A DNA stretch of 64,000 nt from Candidatus Latescibacterota bacterium (lineage in GTDB: Bacteria; Latescibacterota; UBA2968), in assembly GCA_965116885.1 (NCBI GenBank), contig OZ220741.1, positions 768,001 to 832,000 on the forward strand, written 5' to 3'. Shown piece after piece: positions 20,102 through 30,370 of this stretch (position 1 is the first letter of the stretch; every line of letters begins with the position of its first letter). The notes beneath the pieces are model-generated. The model saw only the letters and a program-made list of their open reading frames with translations, made no database searches and was not told where the DNA came from. The translations under genes were made by a program, and so were the position numbers.

Positions 20102-20764
20102 TCATGTTAAAACTTCTTCTACCCTCACCCGCAGATCCGCCACAGAATCACCCGCGGCATTGAGCACCACAGGACCATCATAACCATTCGCCTTGAGCGC
20201 GCGGACCACATCCACATCATCCTCCCCAATCGTCACCATCCCGATACGTTCCACATACTTATCCACAATCCCAACAGCGTTATCAACATCCATCGCATTG
20301 AGCCAGACATGCGCGCGCTCGGGCAAATCGGGCATCAAAGCGTCAAAATCCGCCGCACTTTCCAAACACGTATCCACCCCATTCCCGATATTCAGCGTCA
20401 CATCGGGAATATTCTCAAGCAACGCATGCACACCCCTCACCAGAGCCTCACGCGCCTCGCGGGAACGCGCACCACAGAGAAAATTGGCACACCGCAAGCG
20501 GAGTGCCCGCGCCAGATGAACATCCCACTCAACCTGCCGCAAATTGGAACCCGGATCATCGCGCACATGTAACCCCATCAACGCCACCCCCGCATCATCG
20601 AAATAATCGCGAATCATCCTCACCGAAGCATCTGGATGAAAAGGCGAACTCGCCGTAAACGCACAATGCAACACCATAGCATCAAAACCCGCTGCCTTCG
20701 CAATCTTCAAGGCAGCGGGCAACACAGCTTTTGGACACATAACAGGATCAAAACACAAACGCAA
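20102..20764 (-). CDS. Divergent xylose-isomerase-like TIM-barrel protein
   Basis: ALKIAKAAGFDAM and LKANGYDGPVVL ends. Metal ligands look degenerate. Confidence 0.55.
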   Translation of the reverse strand: MRLCFDPVMCPKAVLPAALKIAKAAGFDAMVLHCAFTASSPFHPDASVRMIRDYFDDAGVALMGLHVRDDPGSNLRQVEWDVHLARALRLRCANFLCGARSREAREALVRGVHALLENIPDVTLNIGNGVDTCLESAADFDALMPDLPERAHVWLNAMDVDNAVGIVDKYVERIGMVTIGEDDVDVVRALKANGYDGPVVLNAAGDSVADLRVRVEEVLT

Positions 20765-20785
20765 AACAAACCTCCTTCCCTCGTC

Positions 20786-21562
20786 TCACATCCCCTCCCA
20801 ATACGCCCACATATCATCCGGATCTTCAAACTTGAGATCATCCCAATTCGTCCACCGAAAACGCGTAATAATCGCCATGCGAATCTCATCGCTGCAATTC
20901 ATACTCGCGCTGTGAATCAAATGACTGTGCCAGAGCATCGCGGATCCCGCCGGCCCAGAAATCTCTTCATAATCCTCTTCATCCCAATCGAGAATCTCCA
21001 GCGGCCTCGTCGAACGCGGCTCCCCCTCGTAAATCGGCAACTGGTAAAACGCCTTACCCAGGCTCACCCGCGAATGGGTCTTAAAATAATCCGCCATGTG
21101 CTTATGTGTCCTCGGCCACACGCAGGTACCCCCACCCTGGGGCTTCACATCATTGAGATACAGCGTAATACCCACCGTCCAATTATTCACAACACCGCTG
21201 CCAAGCCCGTGGCCATCCATATGATTACCTCTGGGACCTACCCATTCACCACCCTGTGGAAACCGCAAATTCGCCGACGTAATTGGCGGATGCAAAGGCG
21301 CCAGCCGCCCCTTACCAGCCAACTCCTCAACCATACTGTACAGCGGCGAATCGTAAATCAGCGCGTGAAATGCCGCGTGCCCATCCATCCCCTGAGACCC
21401 CTCTTTCCCAACCCACGAAGAAGGATCATTGCGATCCACAGGCAAATGATCCCAGATCACATCTCGCGCAGCTGCCATCTGCGCGGGCGTCACCACATCG
21501 CGTTTAATCACATAGCCCTTCTCTCGAAACACCTCTTTATCATCAACCGTCAAATACGCCAT
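20786..21562 (-). CDS. PhyH-family Fe(II)/2OG dioxygenase (HxD type)
   Basis: FREKGYVI, NHMDG, LNDVKPQGGGTCVWPRTH, LIHSAS...R. Confidence 0.85.
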   Translation of the reverse strand: MAYLTVDDKEVFREKGYVIKRDVVTPAQMAAARDVIWDHLPVDRNDPSSWVGKEGSQGMDGHAAFHALIYDSPLYSMVEELAGKGRLAPLHPPITSANLRFPQGGEWVGPRGNHMDGHGLGSGVVNNWTVGITLYLNDVKPQGGGTCVWPRTHKHMADYFKTHSRVSLGKAFYQLPIYEGEPRSTRPLEILDWDEEDYEEISGPAGSAMLWHSHLIHSASMNCSDEIRMAIITRFRWTNWDDLKFEDPDDMWAYWEGM

Positions 21563-23016
21563 CACACGCTCCTTCCGTCTGCGATATACCGCTCGACCAT
21601 CTCCCTGAACTCGCGCACAATACCCGGTTCCTGGTTAAACTTATTATACGACTCAAACGGATCATCCCCCATATGATAAAGCTGACCCCTTGACCCCGGC
21701 ACAGGACCCGTGCCCGCACACCCATCCACACCGCGCCCCATATCTCCAGAATTATCACAATCGCCAATCAACTTCCAATCCCCTCGCCGAATCGAAAACA
21801 CCCCCATGCAGGAATGGTGTATCAAATCATCCCGAACAGGCTCAGTCTCCCCCATCAACGCGGGTAAAAAACTCGCACTATCTTCCCCCGCATCCTCAGG
21901 AAGCGTCTCCCCCACAATATCCGCCACAGTCGCCATAAAATCCTGCAACCCGACCAGCGCATCGCAAACCGAATTCGGCGCAACAACACCCGGCCAGCGC
22001 GCGATAAACGGCTCTCTGTGTCCTCCCTCCCAGATAAACCCCTTAAAACCGCGCCAATCACCGCAAGACTTGTGACCATACGTGCGTCCATTACACCCGG
22101 GCAACGCCCCATTATCACTCGTCACAATAACCAGCGTATCATCCGCCAAATCACAGCGATCCAGCGCATCCATCACCTGCCCCACCATCCAGTCAACCAG
22201 CGCGACCATATCCCCCCGGGGACCTGCCTCACTCGCACCGCGCAAAAACTCCGGCACGCATTCGACCGTACACGGTTCATGCGGCGCAGAAGCCGCCAGA
22301 TAAAGAAAAAAAGGCGTATCTTCATCCTCTGCCCGCTCCTCAATATACGCCACAGCCTTCTCCGTAAAAGCCGGATCCGCCTCCTTGTGGTCCCAATCTG
22401 GAACCATCAACCCGCGCCGACCACCCGCCATCTCAACCGGCTTTTGCACACTCGGAATACCCACCGTCTGATCCTGATCGATAAAACAATAAGGCGGTTG
22501 CGCCGTCGAACAACCCGATGTCCCGTAAAACCTGTCAAACCCCAACTCAATCGGTCCGCCAGCAATCGGCTTTGAAAAATCGATCTTATCTTCCTCCACC
22601 GGATCGGGTGATCCACCCGGCCACGGCAGGGGCTGATCAAAATCAAACACCTCACCATCCTTCACACCCCAGCCCAAACCCAAATGCCACTTACCAAAAC
22701 ATCCCGTGTGATATCCACACTTCTTCAACAAAGAAGCCACCGTCATACGCTCAGGCTCAATCAATGGCAGTTCGTAATTGAACAACACATGAGACTTCAA
22801 TTCGGTGCGCCAGCAATAACGCCCGGTCAAAATCCCGTATCGCGTGGGCGTACACACCGCCGAAGGCGAATGTGCATCTGTAAACCGCATCCCCTCGCGC
22901 GCCAACCGATCCATATACGGCGTGGGAATCTTCGACTGCGGATTATAACACCCCACATCGCCATAGCCCATATCATCGGCGAGGATATAAACAATATTTG
23001 GACGTGTATTAGACAT
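21562..23016 (-). CDS. Arylsulfatase
   Basis: PNIVYILADDMGYGD, CTPTRYGILTG, GKWHLG, SDNG, WEGGHR. Confidence 0.92.
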   Translation of the reverse strand: MSNTRPNIVYILADDMGYGDVGCYNPQSKIPTPYMDRLAREGMRFTDAHSPSAVCTPTRYGILTGRYCWRTELKSHVLFNYELPLIEPERMTVASLLKKCGYHTGCFGKWHLGLGWGVKDGEVFDFDQPLPWPGGSPDPVEEDKIDFSKPIAGGPIELGFDRFYGTSGCSTAQPPYCFIDQDQTVGIPSVQKPVEMAGGRRGLMVPDWDHKEADPAFTEKAVAYIEERAEDEDTPFFLYLAASAPHEPCTVECVPEFLRGASEAGPRGDMVALVDWMVGQVMDALDRCDLADDTLVIVTSDNGALPGCNGRTYGHKSCGDWRGFKGFIWEGGHREPFIARWPGVVAPNSVCDALVGLQDFMATVADIVGETLPEDAGEDSASFLPALMGETEPVRDDLIHHSCMGVFSIRRGDWKLIGDCDNSGDMGRGVDGCAGTGPVPGSRGQLYHMGDDPFESYNKFNQEPGIVREFREMVERYIADGRSV

Positions 23017-23018
23017 CT

Positions 23019-23432
23019 CTAACCTCTCATATCAATCCACGGTTCATCCCCCGACACATCGACCAGCACCTCACCATCGAATTTAGCCGGAGACAAAATC
23101 GCCAAAAAAACCAGATCCTCATCCCCGGCATTATACGTCCCATGCACCATATCCATCGGAATATGCGCCGCATCCCCCGGACCCAGAATTTGCGAAACCC
23201 TATCCACCCACTGTTCCGCCGTCCCCGAAATCACATAAATAACCTCTTCCATACACGGATGGCGATGAAACGCGTGCGCCTTGCCCGGCGGCATCGTCAC
23301 CCGCACCAGCAACAAATGATCCGCCTCGGTCAACCCCTCCCGACTGATCCACTCGTGCGGCCCCCACGGCAATTCCTCCACCTGCACATCGTCTTGCGCG
23401 ATAAACCTCAACACATCAGATTTTGGCATCAC
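23019..23432 (-). CDS. Cupin domain protein
   Basis: HAFHRHPCMEEVIYVISG and HIPMDMVHGTYN cupin motifs. Confidence 0.85.
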   Translation of the reverse strand: MMPKSDVLRFIAQDDVQVEELPWGPHEWISREGLTEADHLLLVRVTMPPGKAHAFHRHPCMEEVIYVISGTAEQWVDRVSQILGPGDAAHIPMDMVHGTYNAGDEDLVFLAILSPAKFDGEVLVDVSGDEPWIDMRG

Positions 23433-24809
23433 TCACTCCTGCGGCAATTCCTCGGCACAGATATCGATCTCCTCGATCAGCCGCGCCAGATCTGCTTCTA
23501 CTTCTGCCTGCACATCGGCATACGCCGGATCGCCGTACACACTCGTCATCTCCCAGGGATCCTTCTCCAAATCGAACAAATCGCGCTCGCCGGTTCGATG
23601 TACCGCGAGCGTATAATTTTGCGTACGCACGCCATAGTGCTTCGTCGGCCCATCCCAATACGCATAAAAAGCCGACTGCCGCCAATCTTCGGGCGTCTTC
23701 CCCTCGCACAGCGCGCGAAAACTCCTGCCCTGCACCTGTGCATCGGGTTGCAACCCGGCAAAATCGAGATACGTCGCGCCAAAATCCACATTCACCACAA
23801 TATCCTCATTCACCGAACCCGGTGCAATCGCCCCTGGATACCGCATCACATAAGGCATGAGCAGCGACTCCTCCAGAATCAATCGCTTGTCAAAATACGA
23901 ATGCTCGCCCAAAAACATACCCTGGTCAGAAGTATATACCACAATCGTATTCTCCGTCAACCCCTCCTCATCCAGATAATCCAGCAACCGCCCCACACCC
24001 TCATCAATCGCCGTAATACACCGCAAATAATCCTTCACATACTTCTGATAAGCCGCGTGAATCTTCTCCGTCGTACTCATCCCCGTCGTATCCAACCGCC
24101 CCGTGGGCCACTCCCTTCCCCGGAGGCCCTCATCCATCCGCTCGGCCTGCATCAGTATCGTACGGTGGTGATCCTCCAACGCGCTGGACACCTTGTCAAA
24201 CGGCTTATACAAATTCGACGGCTCGGGCAAATCCCCATCCGTGAACAAATCCGCATGACGAGGCGCGTACTCCCACAAACCATGGGGCGCTTTGTGATGG
24301 CACAGCATCAAAAAGGGCTTATCCGGATCGCGCGCCTTCAACCAATTGAGCGACAAATCCGTAATAATATCCGTCGCATACCCCTCGTACTGCGTCGGCT
24401 CGCCATTGCGCGTAAACGACGGATCAAAATAAGCACCCTGCCCCGGCAACACCTCCCAATAATCAAACCCATCCGGATCAGACCCCAAATGCCACTTACC
24501 CGCAATACCCGTTTGATACCCAGAAGCCTGCAACTGCCGCACAAAATTGGGATGATCGTCACTCAGAGGTTGATTCAACCGCAACACCCCATTTTTATGG
24601 CTGTATTGCCCCGTAATAATACTCGCCCTGCTCGGCGAACACAGCGCATTATTGCAAATACAATTGTCAAACCGCATCCCCTCATTGGCGATGCGGTCAA
24701 TATTCGGTGTATCCACCACCTCATTCAGCCATCCGTTATAACAACTAATGGCATTCACAGTGTGATCATCAGACATAATGTAGAGAATATTGGGACGCGA
24801 ATCAGACAT
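23433..24809 (-). CDS. Sulfatase (Cys-type)
   Basis: PNILYIMSDDH, CSPSRASIITG, GKWHL, HKAPH, SDQG. GGAGG RBS precedes ATG 24809. Confidence 0.92.
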   Translation of the reverse strand: MSDSRPNILYIMSDDHTVNAISCYNGWLNEVVDTPNIDRIANEGMRFDNCICNNALCSPSRASIITGQYSHKNGVLRLNQPLSDDHPNFVRQLQASGYQTGIAGKWHLGSDPDGFDYWEVLPGQGAYFDPSFTRNGEPTQYEGYATDIITDLSLNWLKARDPDKPFLMLCHHKAPHGLWEYAPRHADLFTDGDLPEPSNLYKPFDKVSSALEDHHRTILMQAERMDEGLRGREWPTGRLDTTGMSTTEKIHAAYQKYVKDYLRCITAIDEGVGRLLDYLDEEGLTENTIVVYTSDQGMFLGEHSYFDKRLILEESLLMPYVMRYPGAIAPGSVNEDIVVNVDFGATYLDFAGLQPDAQVQGRSFRALCEGKTPEDWRQSAFYAYWDGPTKHYGVRTQNYTLAVHRTGERDLFDLEKDPWEMTSVYGDPAYADVQAEVEADLARLIEEIDICAEELPQE

Positions 24810-24833
24810 TAAACCCTCCATTTGAAAAAAATA

Positions 24834-26096
24834 TCACCGCTCCGGAACATAATCATCAATAAATTCCGGCATCATATCCAGCACCTTTTGCAAGCGTTCA
24901 CGCGCCGCTTCAGAATCGGCATCGCCCAGCCCCAAAACAATATCGTGTTCTTCCAGCCGATCCGCAGGCACATCGTAAAACCGGCCATCGTGATAAATTT
25001 TAAACCGATGTTCTCGCGCAAACTGCCCCGCGTGATCTTGACCAAAACCAAAACGCGGGTTGTAATGACAAAAAATCCAATCCCTCGGATCGCCCCGTTC
25101 GCCCCGCAACTGGGGCAAAAAACTGCGCCCATCGCACGGCATCCCCTCCGGAATGGGCGCATCGGCCAAATCCATCAGCGTCGGCAAAAAATCGCTAAAA
25201 TCCACCAGATCATCTAACACTATGCCCTCTGGCGCCACACCCTTCCAAAAAGCAATAAAAGGCACATGCGTCCCCGCATCGGGCATCGTACCCTTACCCC
25301 CCACAATCTCAACACCACCCTCAAGCTGGGACGTAATCGTGCGATGCGTACCATTATCACTCGTAAACATCACCAGTGTATTCTCGAGCAAATCCAGCGC
25401 CTCGAGCTTCTCCACAATCCGCCCCACCAGCTTATCCGCATACGCCACCATATCGGCAAAATAGCGCGTATCCTGCTCACCTCTCCGATCTCTATCCCGC
25501 CACTCCGGACTATCGGGCGTGGGAACAAAAGGCGCGTGAACCAGAATCATCGGATAATAAGCAAAAAAAGGCACATCCCGATGTCGCTCAATAAAATCCA
25601 GCAAATAATCACAACAAATATCGGGACCATACCGATCTTGAATATAATCGTCGGGCAACCATTCCCCATTACATTCAATTTGCGGATTTGCATATCGTCT
25701 CTTACCCGTGCGAGTACCATCTTCTGGCGGCGGGGTCATATTCCACAAACAATGCTCGTCAAACCCAAAATGCGCGGGCATCTTATTGTCCTTGCTCAAC
25801 TGCCACTTGCCCGCAACACATGTTGCATACCCCGCATCCTGTAACAAATTGCCAAACGTCTTTTCTCTGGGATTCAAATAGGCGAACCTGTCGTAATTCC
25901 GAAAATTGTACTGCCCCGTCATAATCTCCACGCGAGAAGGCGTACACAAAGGCGTCGAATAACAATGTGAAAAGCGAATCCCCCGCGCTGCCAGATCATC
26001 CAACACTGGCGTCTCATACGTCGTACTCCCATAACAACTCAAACACTCAAATCCCATATCATCTGCCATAATCAACACAACATTTGGTCTCGCCAT
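24834..26096 (-). CDS. Sulfatase (Cys-type)
   Basis: PNVVLIMADD, CTPSRVEIMTG, GKWQL, SDNGT. GGAGGAG RBS precedes ATG 26096. Confidence 0.92.
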   Translation of the reverse strand: MARPNVVLIMADDMGFECLSCYGSTTYETPVLDDLAARGIRFSHCYSTPLCTPSRVEIMTGQYNFRNYDRFAYLNPREKTFGNLLQDAGYATCVAGKWQLSKDNKMPAHFGFDEHCLWNMTPPPEDGTRTGKRRYANPQIECNGEWLPDDYIQDRYGPDICCDYLLDFIERHRDVPFFAYYPMILVHAPFVPTPDSPEWRDRDRRGEQDTRYFADMVAYADKLVGRIVEKLEALDLLENTLVMFTSDNGTHRTITSQLEGGVEIVGGKGTMPDAGTHVPFIAFWKGVAPEGIVLDDLVDFSDFLPTLMDLADAPIPEGMPCDGRSFLPQLRGERGDPRDWIFCHYNPRFGFGQDHAGQFAREHRFKIYHDGRFYDVPADRLEEHDIVLGLGDADSEAARERLQKVLDMMPEFIDDYVPER

Positions 26097-26181
26097 ACGC
26101 TCCTCCATTAAATAAACCCGAGCCAATTTAATACGACAACATCTCTATATCAACCCTCTTCTGGCACCACTATGAATCTGG

Positions 26182-26211
26182 TTGACACACCAATGCTACA
26201 GATGATACTAT
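26182..26211 (+). promoter_or_regulatory. Sigma70-type promoter for the PhyH gene at 26254
   Basis: TTGACA-N18-TACTAT with an extended -10 TG. Confidence 0.55.
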
Positions 26212-26253
26212 TATATTTCCGTGGAAACAACAGAACAAAGGGAAGGACAAAAA

Positions 26254-27102
26254 ATGAACATCTCGCTCACATCAACAGAACGAAGCTCTGGTGAACTGGC
26301 AAAAGACAAATTGGCAAATGCGATAGAGGCAATACGGCACGACGGCTATGTCATCATCGAGCAAGTGGTAAATCACGCGATCCTCGACGCCCTCAAAACG
26401 CGCATGGACGAAGACTCTGCAAAGCTAATTGAAGCACAAAAATGGGGTGGCGCAGGTGGCGTACAGGGTCATTTACAGCAAGGTCCGCCACCATTTGACC
26501 CATACCTATCCCCAGACATCCTTGTCAATCCCTATGCCATTCAGATCTCACGAGAAATGCTGGGCACAGGGTTTTACTGTTGCTTTTACAACGGCAACAC
26601 CAATACGCCAAACAGCACCTTTCAACCCCTTCATTCTGACGGCGTTCACCTCTGGGGAGAGCAAAACCGCCCCCATCCAGCAACCCAACTCATCATCAAC
26701 ATCTTTCCCCAGGACACATCTGACAAAAACGGATCGACACAAATCTGGCCAGGCTCACACCTCGATATGCGCCCGGTAACAGACGAAACAGAAGCCGATC
26801 GTCGATCCTTTTCACCCCCCATTCAGGCCACCCTCCAAAAAGGCGACATCCTGATCCGCGATTCGCGCCTCTGGCATCGCGGCGTACCAAATCCCTCCGA
26901 TCACAACCGCCACATGATCGCAGTTGTGTACAACATCGGATGGCTGGTCAAACGGCGAACACTCTTCTTCGATAAAAGCAGTAAAAAAATATTCGAAGCA
27001 GGTGGCGTCGATCCCAATGCCGAATTCATCGATCCTCCGTTCGAATACCTGTTTGAAATGGCGTGCAGAAAAATAAAAAACGATCCCATGCGCGGCGTCT
27101 AA
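26254..27102 (+). CDS. PhyH-family Fe(II)/2OG dioxygenase (HxD type)
   Basis: HDGYVII, QPLHSDG, NGSTQIWPGSH, LWHRGVPN...R. Confidence 0.88.
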   Translation: MNISLTSTERSSGELAKDKLANAIEAIRHDGYVIIEQVVNHAILDALKTRMDEDSAKLIEAQKWGGAGGVQGHLQQGPPPFDPYLSPDILVNPYAIQISREMLGTGFYCCFYNGNTNTPNSTFQPLHSDGVHLWGEQNRPHPATQLIINIFPQDTSDKNGSTQIWPGSHLDMRPVTDETEADRRSFSPPIQATLQKGDILIRDSRLWHRGVPNPSDHNRHMIAVVYNIGWLVKRRTLFFDKSSKKIFEAGGVDPNAEFIDPPFEYLFEMACRKIKNDPMRGV

Positions 27103-27200
27103 ACCACTTCATTCTCGCCTGGCATAACCGCCCAATCGGTACGCAGTTCCGCGACGTGTTCGCCCAGTTCGCTATCGCTGAGGGGATGGACCGGTCGCAT
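27099..27200 (-). pseudogene. 33-aa ORF, probable truncated gene remnant
   Basis: AGGAG RBS then ATG just after the GH82 stop. Reads MRPVHPLSDSELGEHVAELRTDWAVMPGENEVV; the stop falls in the end of the convergent gene. Confidence 0.35.
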
Positions 27201-27216
27201 GGGCTGATCTCCTATC

Positions 27217-28500
27217 TCACTCTGCCTGCTTTTGTTGATTTTTCAGAATCTCGTCGAGAAGCGGCAGTCCTTTGAGCCGCGCTTTCCAGTTTCGAGGCTG
27301 TTTTTCGGCAAGGCTCATAATGCCTTTATTGTATTTGAATCCCTCGCTGGTCACATTCTCAATAATCGGATGCCAACTATCCCCAGTGCGATCTCTTACA
27401 ACCCCAACTGAGGGACCTCTAACCCGTTTGATCTTCCTATCATTCTTATCAAACCGTAGCGCTTTCAGGTATTCCTCCGGAACATTCGCAAGCCCCTTGA
27501 GTGCAATGGCCGCATTTGTCCCAAATATCGCATGGATATTCTTTACCGTAGTCCCATCTGAAAACACACCGGGTTTATAACGCTCATCCGTCTGATTCCG
27601 TTTCTCCACATAACCAGGTCCCATCGTCACGGCAAAAGCACAACTCTTCACAGTCACACCGTCGATTTTGACAACGCCGTTTTGAGCTTTGTGTGGTCCA
27701 AGCAACACCGCAGTACTGCCATTCTCACAATATAGATTCTTTGCCGTAATATCATGCACGCCGCCGTTATGCCCTCCGGCACCCGTTTCCAGTCTAAAAG
27801 TCACCCCACCGCCAATGGCTTCGAGATTTTCAAAATGGATGGTCTCCCCCGCATGCATCTGAACCAAACCGTAACCTGGGCTGGTATTCGTGCTTCTCAG
27901 GTTTCTCACCAGACCAGCGGTTGGCCTGAAGACGCCCTCACTCTCCACATCTCTATCGCTGGACGGCGTAAAGATAAATGCAGAATAAGTGGTAAAACTA
28001 TCCTTAACATCAATATCGGAGAGCAGGAAATTTTTGACCTTCCTGCAGTTGACGGTCCGTATGCCTTCCCCCGCCACACTTCCGCGATCTGAATAATCGA
28101 CAATAAACTTACCGCCCAACCCGCGAATACTGACATTCTCTATGGATTCGGCATTCCTTCCCGTACCCAATCCAAAAACAATGGTCTTCGTACCTTTGGG
28201 CCAATAGGGTTTGATAACCGTGTCTTTCTCGATCAACAGGTGTACATTGGACTTCAAATTGATGCCCCCAAAACGATAAACCCCTTTCGGAACGATCAGG
28301 CGTCCGCCACCTTTTACAGAGACCTCATCAATCGCTTTTTGCAATCGCTCACTCTGATTGCTCTCACCCCCATCATCAACCAGTCCGAAATCCGTCTTCA
28401 GATTCATCGTCAAACCATTTGGATCCATCGTTTCCACGTATGTCGCCTCCGCAACCGCAGTCATTACAAATAGGGTTATCATCAACAATACGGTCTTCAT
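27217..28500 (-). CDS. GH82 iota-carrageenase-like beta-helix protein, secreted
   Basis: Signal peptide; LQKAID...GGGRLIVPKGVY, INLKSNVHL; GYGLVQMHAG...FENLEAIGGGVTFRLETG resembles the GH82 active-site segment; LGPH. Confidence 0.75.
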   Translation of the reverse strand: MKTVLLMITLFVMTAVAEATYVETMDPNGLTMNLKTDFGLVDDGGESNQSERLQKAIDEVSVKGGGRLIVPKGVYRFGGINLKSNVHLLIEKDTVIKPYWPKGTKTIVFGLGTGRNAESIENVSIRGLGGKFIVDYSDRGSVAGEGIRTVNCRKVKNFLLSDIDVKDSFTTYSAFIFTPSSDRDVESEGVFRPTAGLVRNLRSTNTSPGYGLVQMHAGETIHFENLEAIGGGVTFRLETGAGGHNGGVHDITAKNLYCENGSTAVLLGPHKAQNGVVKIDGVTVKSCAFAVTMGPGYVEKRNQTDERYKPGVFSDGTTVKNIHAIFGTNAAIALKGLANVPEEYLKALRFDKNDRKIKRVRGPSVGVVRDRTGDSWHPIIENVTSEGFKYNKGIMSLAEKQPRNWKARLKGLPLLDEILKNQQKQAE

Positions 28501-28512
28501 GGTTGTCTCCCC

Positions 28513-30321
28513 TCACTGACGTTCAACATAAACGTAGTAAGCGCCGCAGATGGGCTGGTTGCGCTCGTCGTCGAACCAGGTGTGCAAAAGCGTGGGGCCC
28601 GGCTCCAGATCCACGGTAAACACAACACCCTGATCGTCTGGCTTAACGGGCCTGGCGTAGAATTGTCCACCGACCAGCACACGCGCTCTGGCAATCGGCA
28701 ACGCAATACCCGCTTTCAGTTCGCCATCGGTCAATTGAGCCGCCTGGCAAGCCTCTCTCAGCTTGAGGCCGCTCTCTCTCGGCCAGCGCCGCAGTTCAAA
28801 AGTGTACGTGCCAGCGGCCTCGACCATCAGGTGCCAGTAACTGTTCTTCCGCACGGCCGTCCTCACCTGCCGCTGCTGATCCACAAAGACATCTCGCCAC
28901 TCGCAGGCCGACAGCGTCATCGGATTCTCGGCTTCACTGCCGATGGTAATCCGCTGCACTTGATTGGCGACCGGTTCCACTTCTTGCCACCAGGCATTTA
29001 GATAATCCCGCATCTGCCGGACAATGTCAGGATGCTGATCGGCAACATCGAGATTCTGTTCGGGATCGCTATCCAGATCATACAGTGCCGTTCCTTCAAG
29101 CAAGCGCCACCGTTTCCAGAGCACAGCAGCCCCCTCGCGTCTTATGAACGAAGGGCTGTCGGGCGTCGGGTAGTCCAGCTGCCCGGGCATACGGCTGTAA
29201 TTCACCGTCAACATGCGATCTTCCGGCACCTGCTCCGCACCCCGCAAAGCCGGAGATAGGCTAATCCCGTCCAAACGCAATTCGGCTGGCGATTCCAGCC
29301 CACAAAACTCGATCAAAGTCGGCAAAATATCCTGCACCTGAGTCAGTCCCTCAATCTCCCGGGGTTCGCCCAGACCACCATTTGGCCAATGCAAGAAAAA
29401 CGGTACCCGATGCCCACCTTCCCAGAGCTCGCACTTTTTACCCCGCATCCCGGCATTGTAATAGACAGAACCAAAAGTACTGCCATTATCAGTCATAAAA
29501 ATCAGGATGGTATCCCTATCTACGCCCTGTTCTTGCAGAAAGCGCCGAAGCGCACCGACCTGAGTATCCAGATTTCGAATCATAGCGAGAAAGCGAATGA
29601 TATTTTCTCGCAAATTTTCGGGAAGTGCAGGCAACTGGTGTTCATCCTCTGCAAATGCCGCCTCAATGGCCTCGCGGTCTTCGGCAGGCACAAAAAGTGG
29701 GGCGTGCGGGGCATTGGTCGGCAGGAAAGTGAAAAAGGGTTCTGAAGCCGCGATCCGTGCTTGCATCCACGCTTTTGCCGCGTTGAAAAAGACCTCGGTA
29801 CAGTACCCATCCTGTCGCACGCGAGAGCCATTGTGACAGTATATATCATCGAAATAATCGTTCTCCCAGTAGTCGGGCACCGAACTGATATGAGAGGATG
29901 GAAACCAGAGACTTTCCTCAAAACCGCGGTCTTGAGGACGGTACGGATAGTTGTCGCCCAGATGCCATTTGCCAAACACACCCGTTCGGTAACCGTTCGA
30001 CCGGAAAATATCGGCCATGGTCGGCAAATCTGGGCGCAAAAGCGAGCGTCCGCTGCTCACGTTCACAGCGCCATTGCGTGCCGCATCAAGTCCGCTCAGC
30101 AATTGACCGCGAGTAGGCGTACACATGGGCGCGACGTGAAAATCCATCAGCCGAATACTTTCCCCGTGCAAGCTGTCCAGATTCGGCGTCCGGGCAACGG
30201 GATTGCCGTGACAGCCCAGATCGCCATACCCCTGGTCGTCGGTAATGATCAAAATCACATTGGGGCGAGAAGGGTGCAGGCTCGATGATTCGCGTTCTTT
30301 CAAAACAGTTTTACCTTTCAA
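28513..30321 (-). CDS. Arylsulfatase with C-terminal extension
   Basis: PNVILIITDDQGYGD, CTPTRGQLLSG, GKWHLGD, TDNG, WEGGHRVP. Start uncertain. Confidence 0.9.
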   Translation of the reverse strand: MKGKTVLKERESSSLHPSRPNVILIITDDQGYGDLGCHGNPVARTPNLDSLHGESIRLMDFHVAPMCTPTRGQLLSGLDAARNGAVNVSSGRSLLRPDLPTMADIFRSNGYRTGVFGKWHLGDNYPYRPQDRGFEESLWFPSSHISSVPDYWENDYFDDIYCHNGSRVRQDGYCTEVFFNAAKAWMQARIAASEPFFTFLPTNAPHAPLFVPAEDREAIEAAFAEDEHQLPALPENLRENIIRFLAMIRNLDTQVGALRRFLQEQGVDRDTILIFMTDNGSTFGSVYYNAGMRGKKCELWEGGHRVPFFLHWPNGGLGEPREIEGLTQVQDILPTLIEFCGLESPAELRLDGISLSPALRGAEQVPEDRMLTVNYSRMPGQLDYPTPDSPSFIRREGAAVLWKRWRLLEGTALYDLDSDPEQNLDVADQHPDIVRQMRDYLNAWWQEVEPVANQVQRITIGSEAENPMTLSACEWRDVFVDQQRQVRTAVRKNSYWHLMVEAAGTYTFELRRWPRESGLKLREACQAAQLTDGELKAGIALPIARARVLVGGQFYARPVKPDDQGVVFTVDLEPGPTLLHTWFDDERNQPICGAYYVYVERQ

Positions 30322-30370
30322 TGAACAATTATCAGGTCTTTTTCAGATCTTCCCTGGCCAGATCATCCAT

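Noticed and set aside
23142..24812. 556-aa plus-strand ORF
   Set aside because: It is the antisense shadow of the sulfatase and cupin genes, caused by codon bias.
30332..30370. Mini-ORF MDDLAREDLKKT between two sulfatases
   Set aside because: It is only 12 codons with no independent support.
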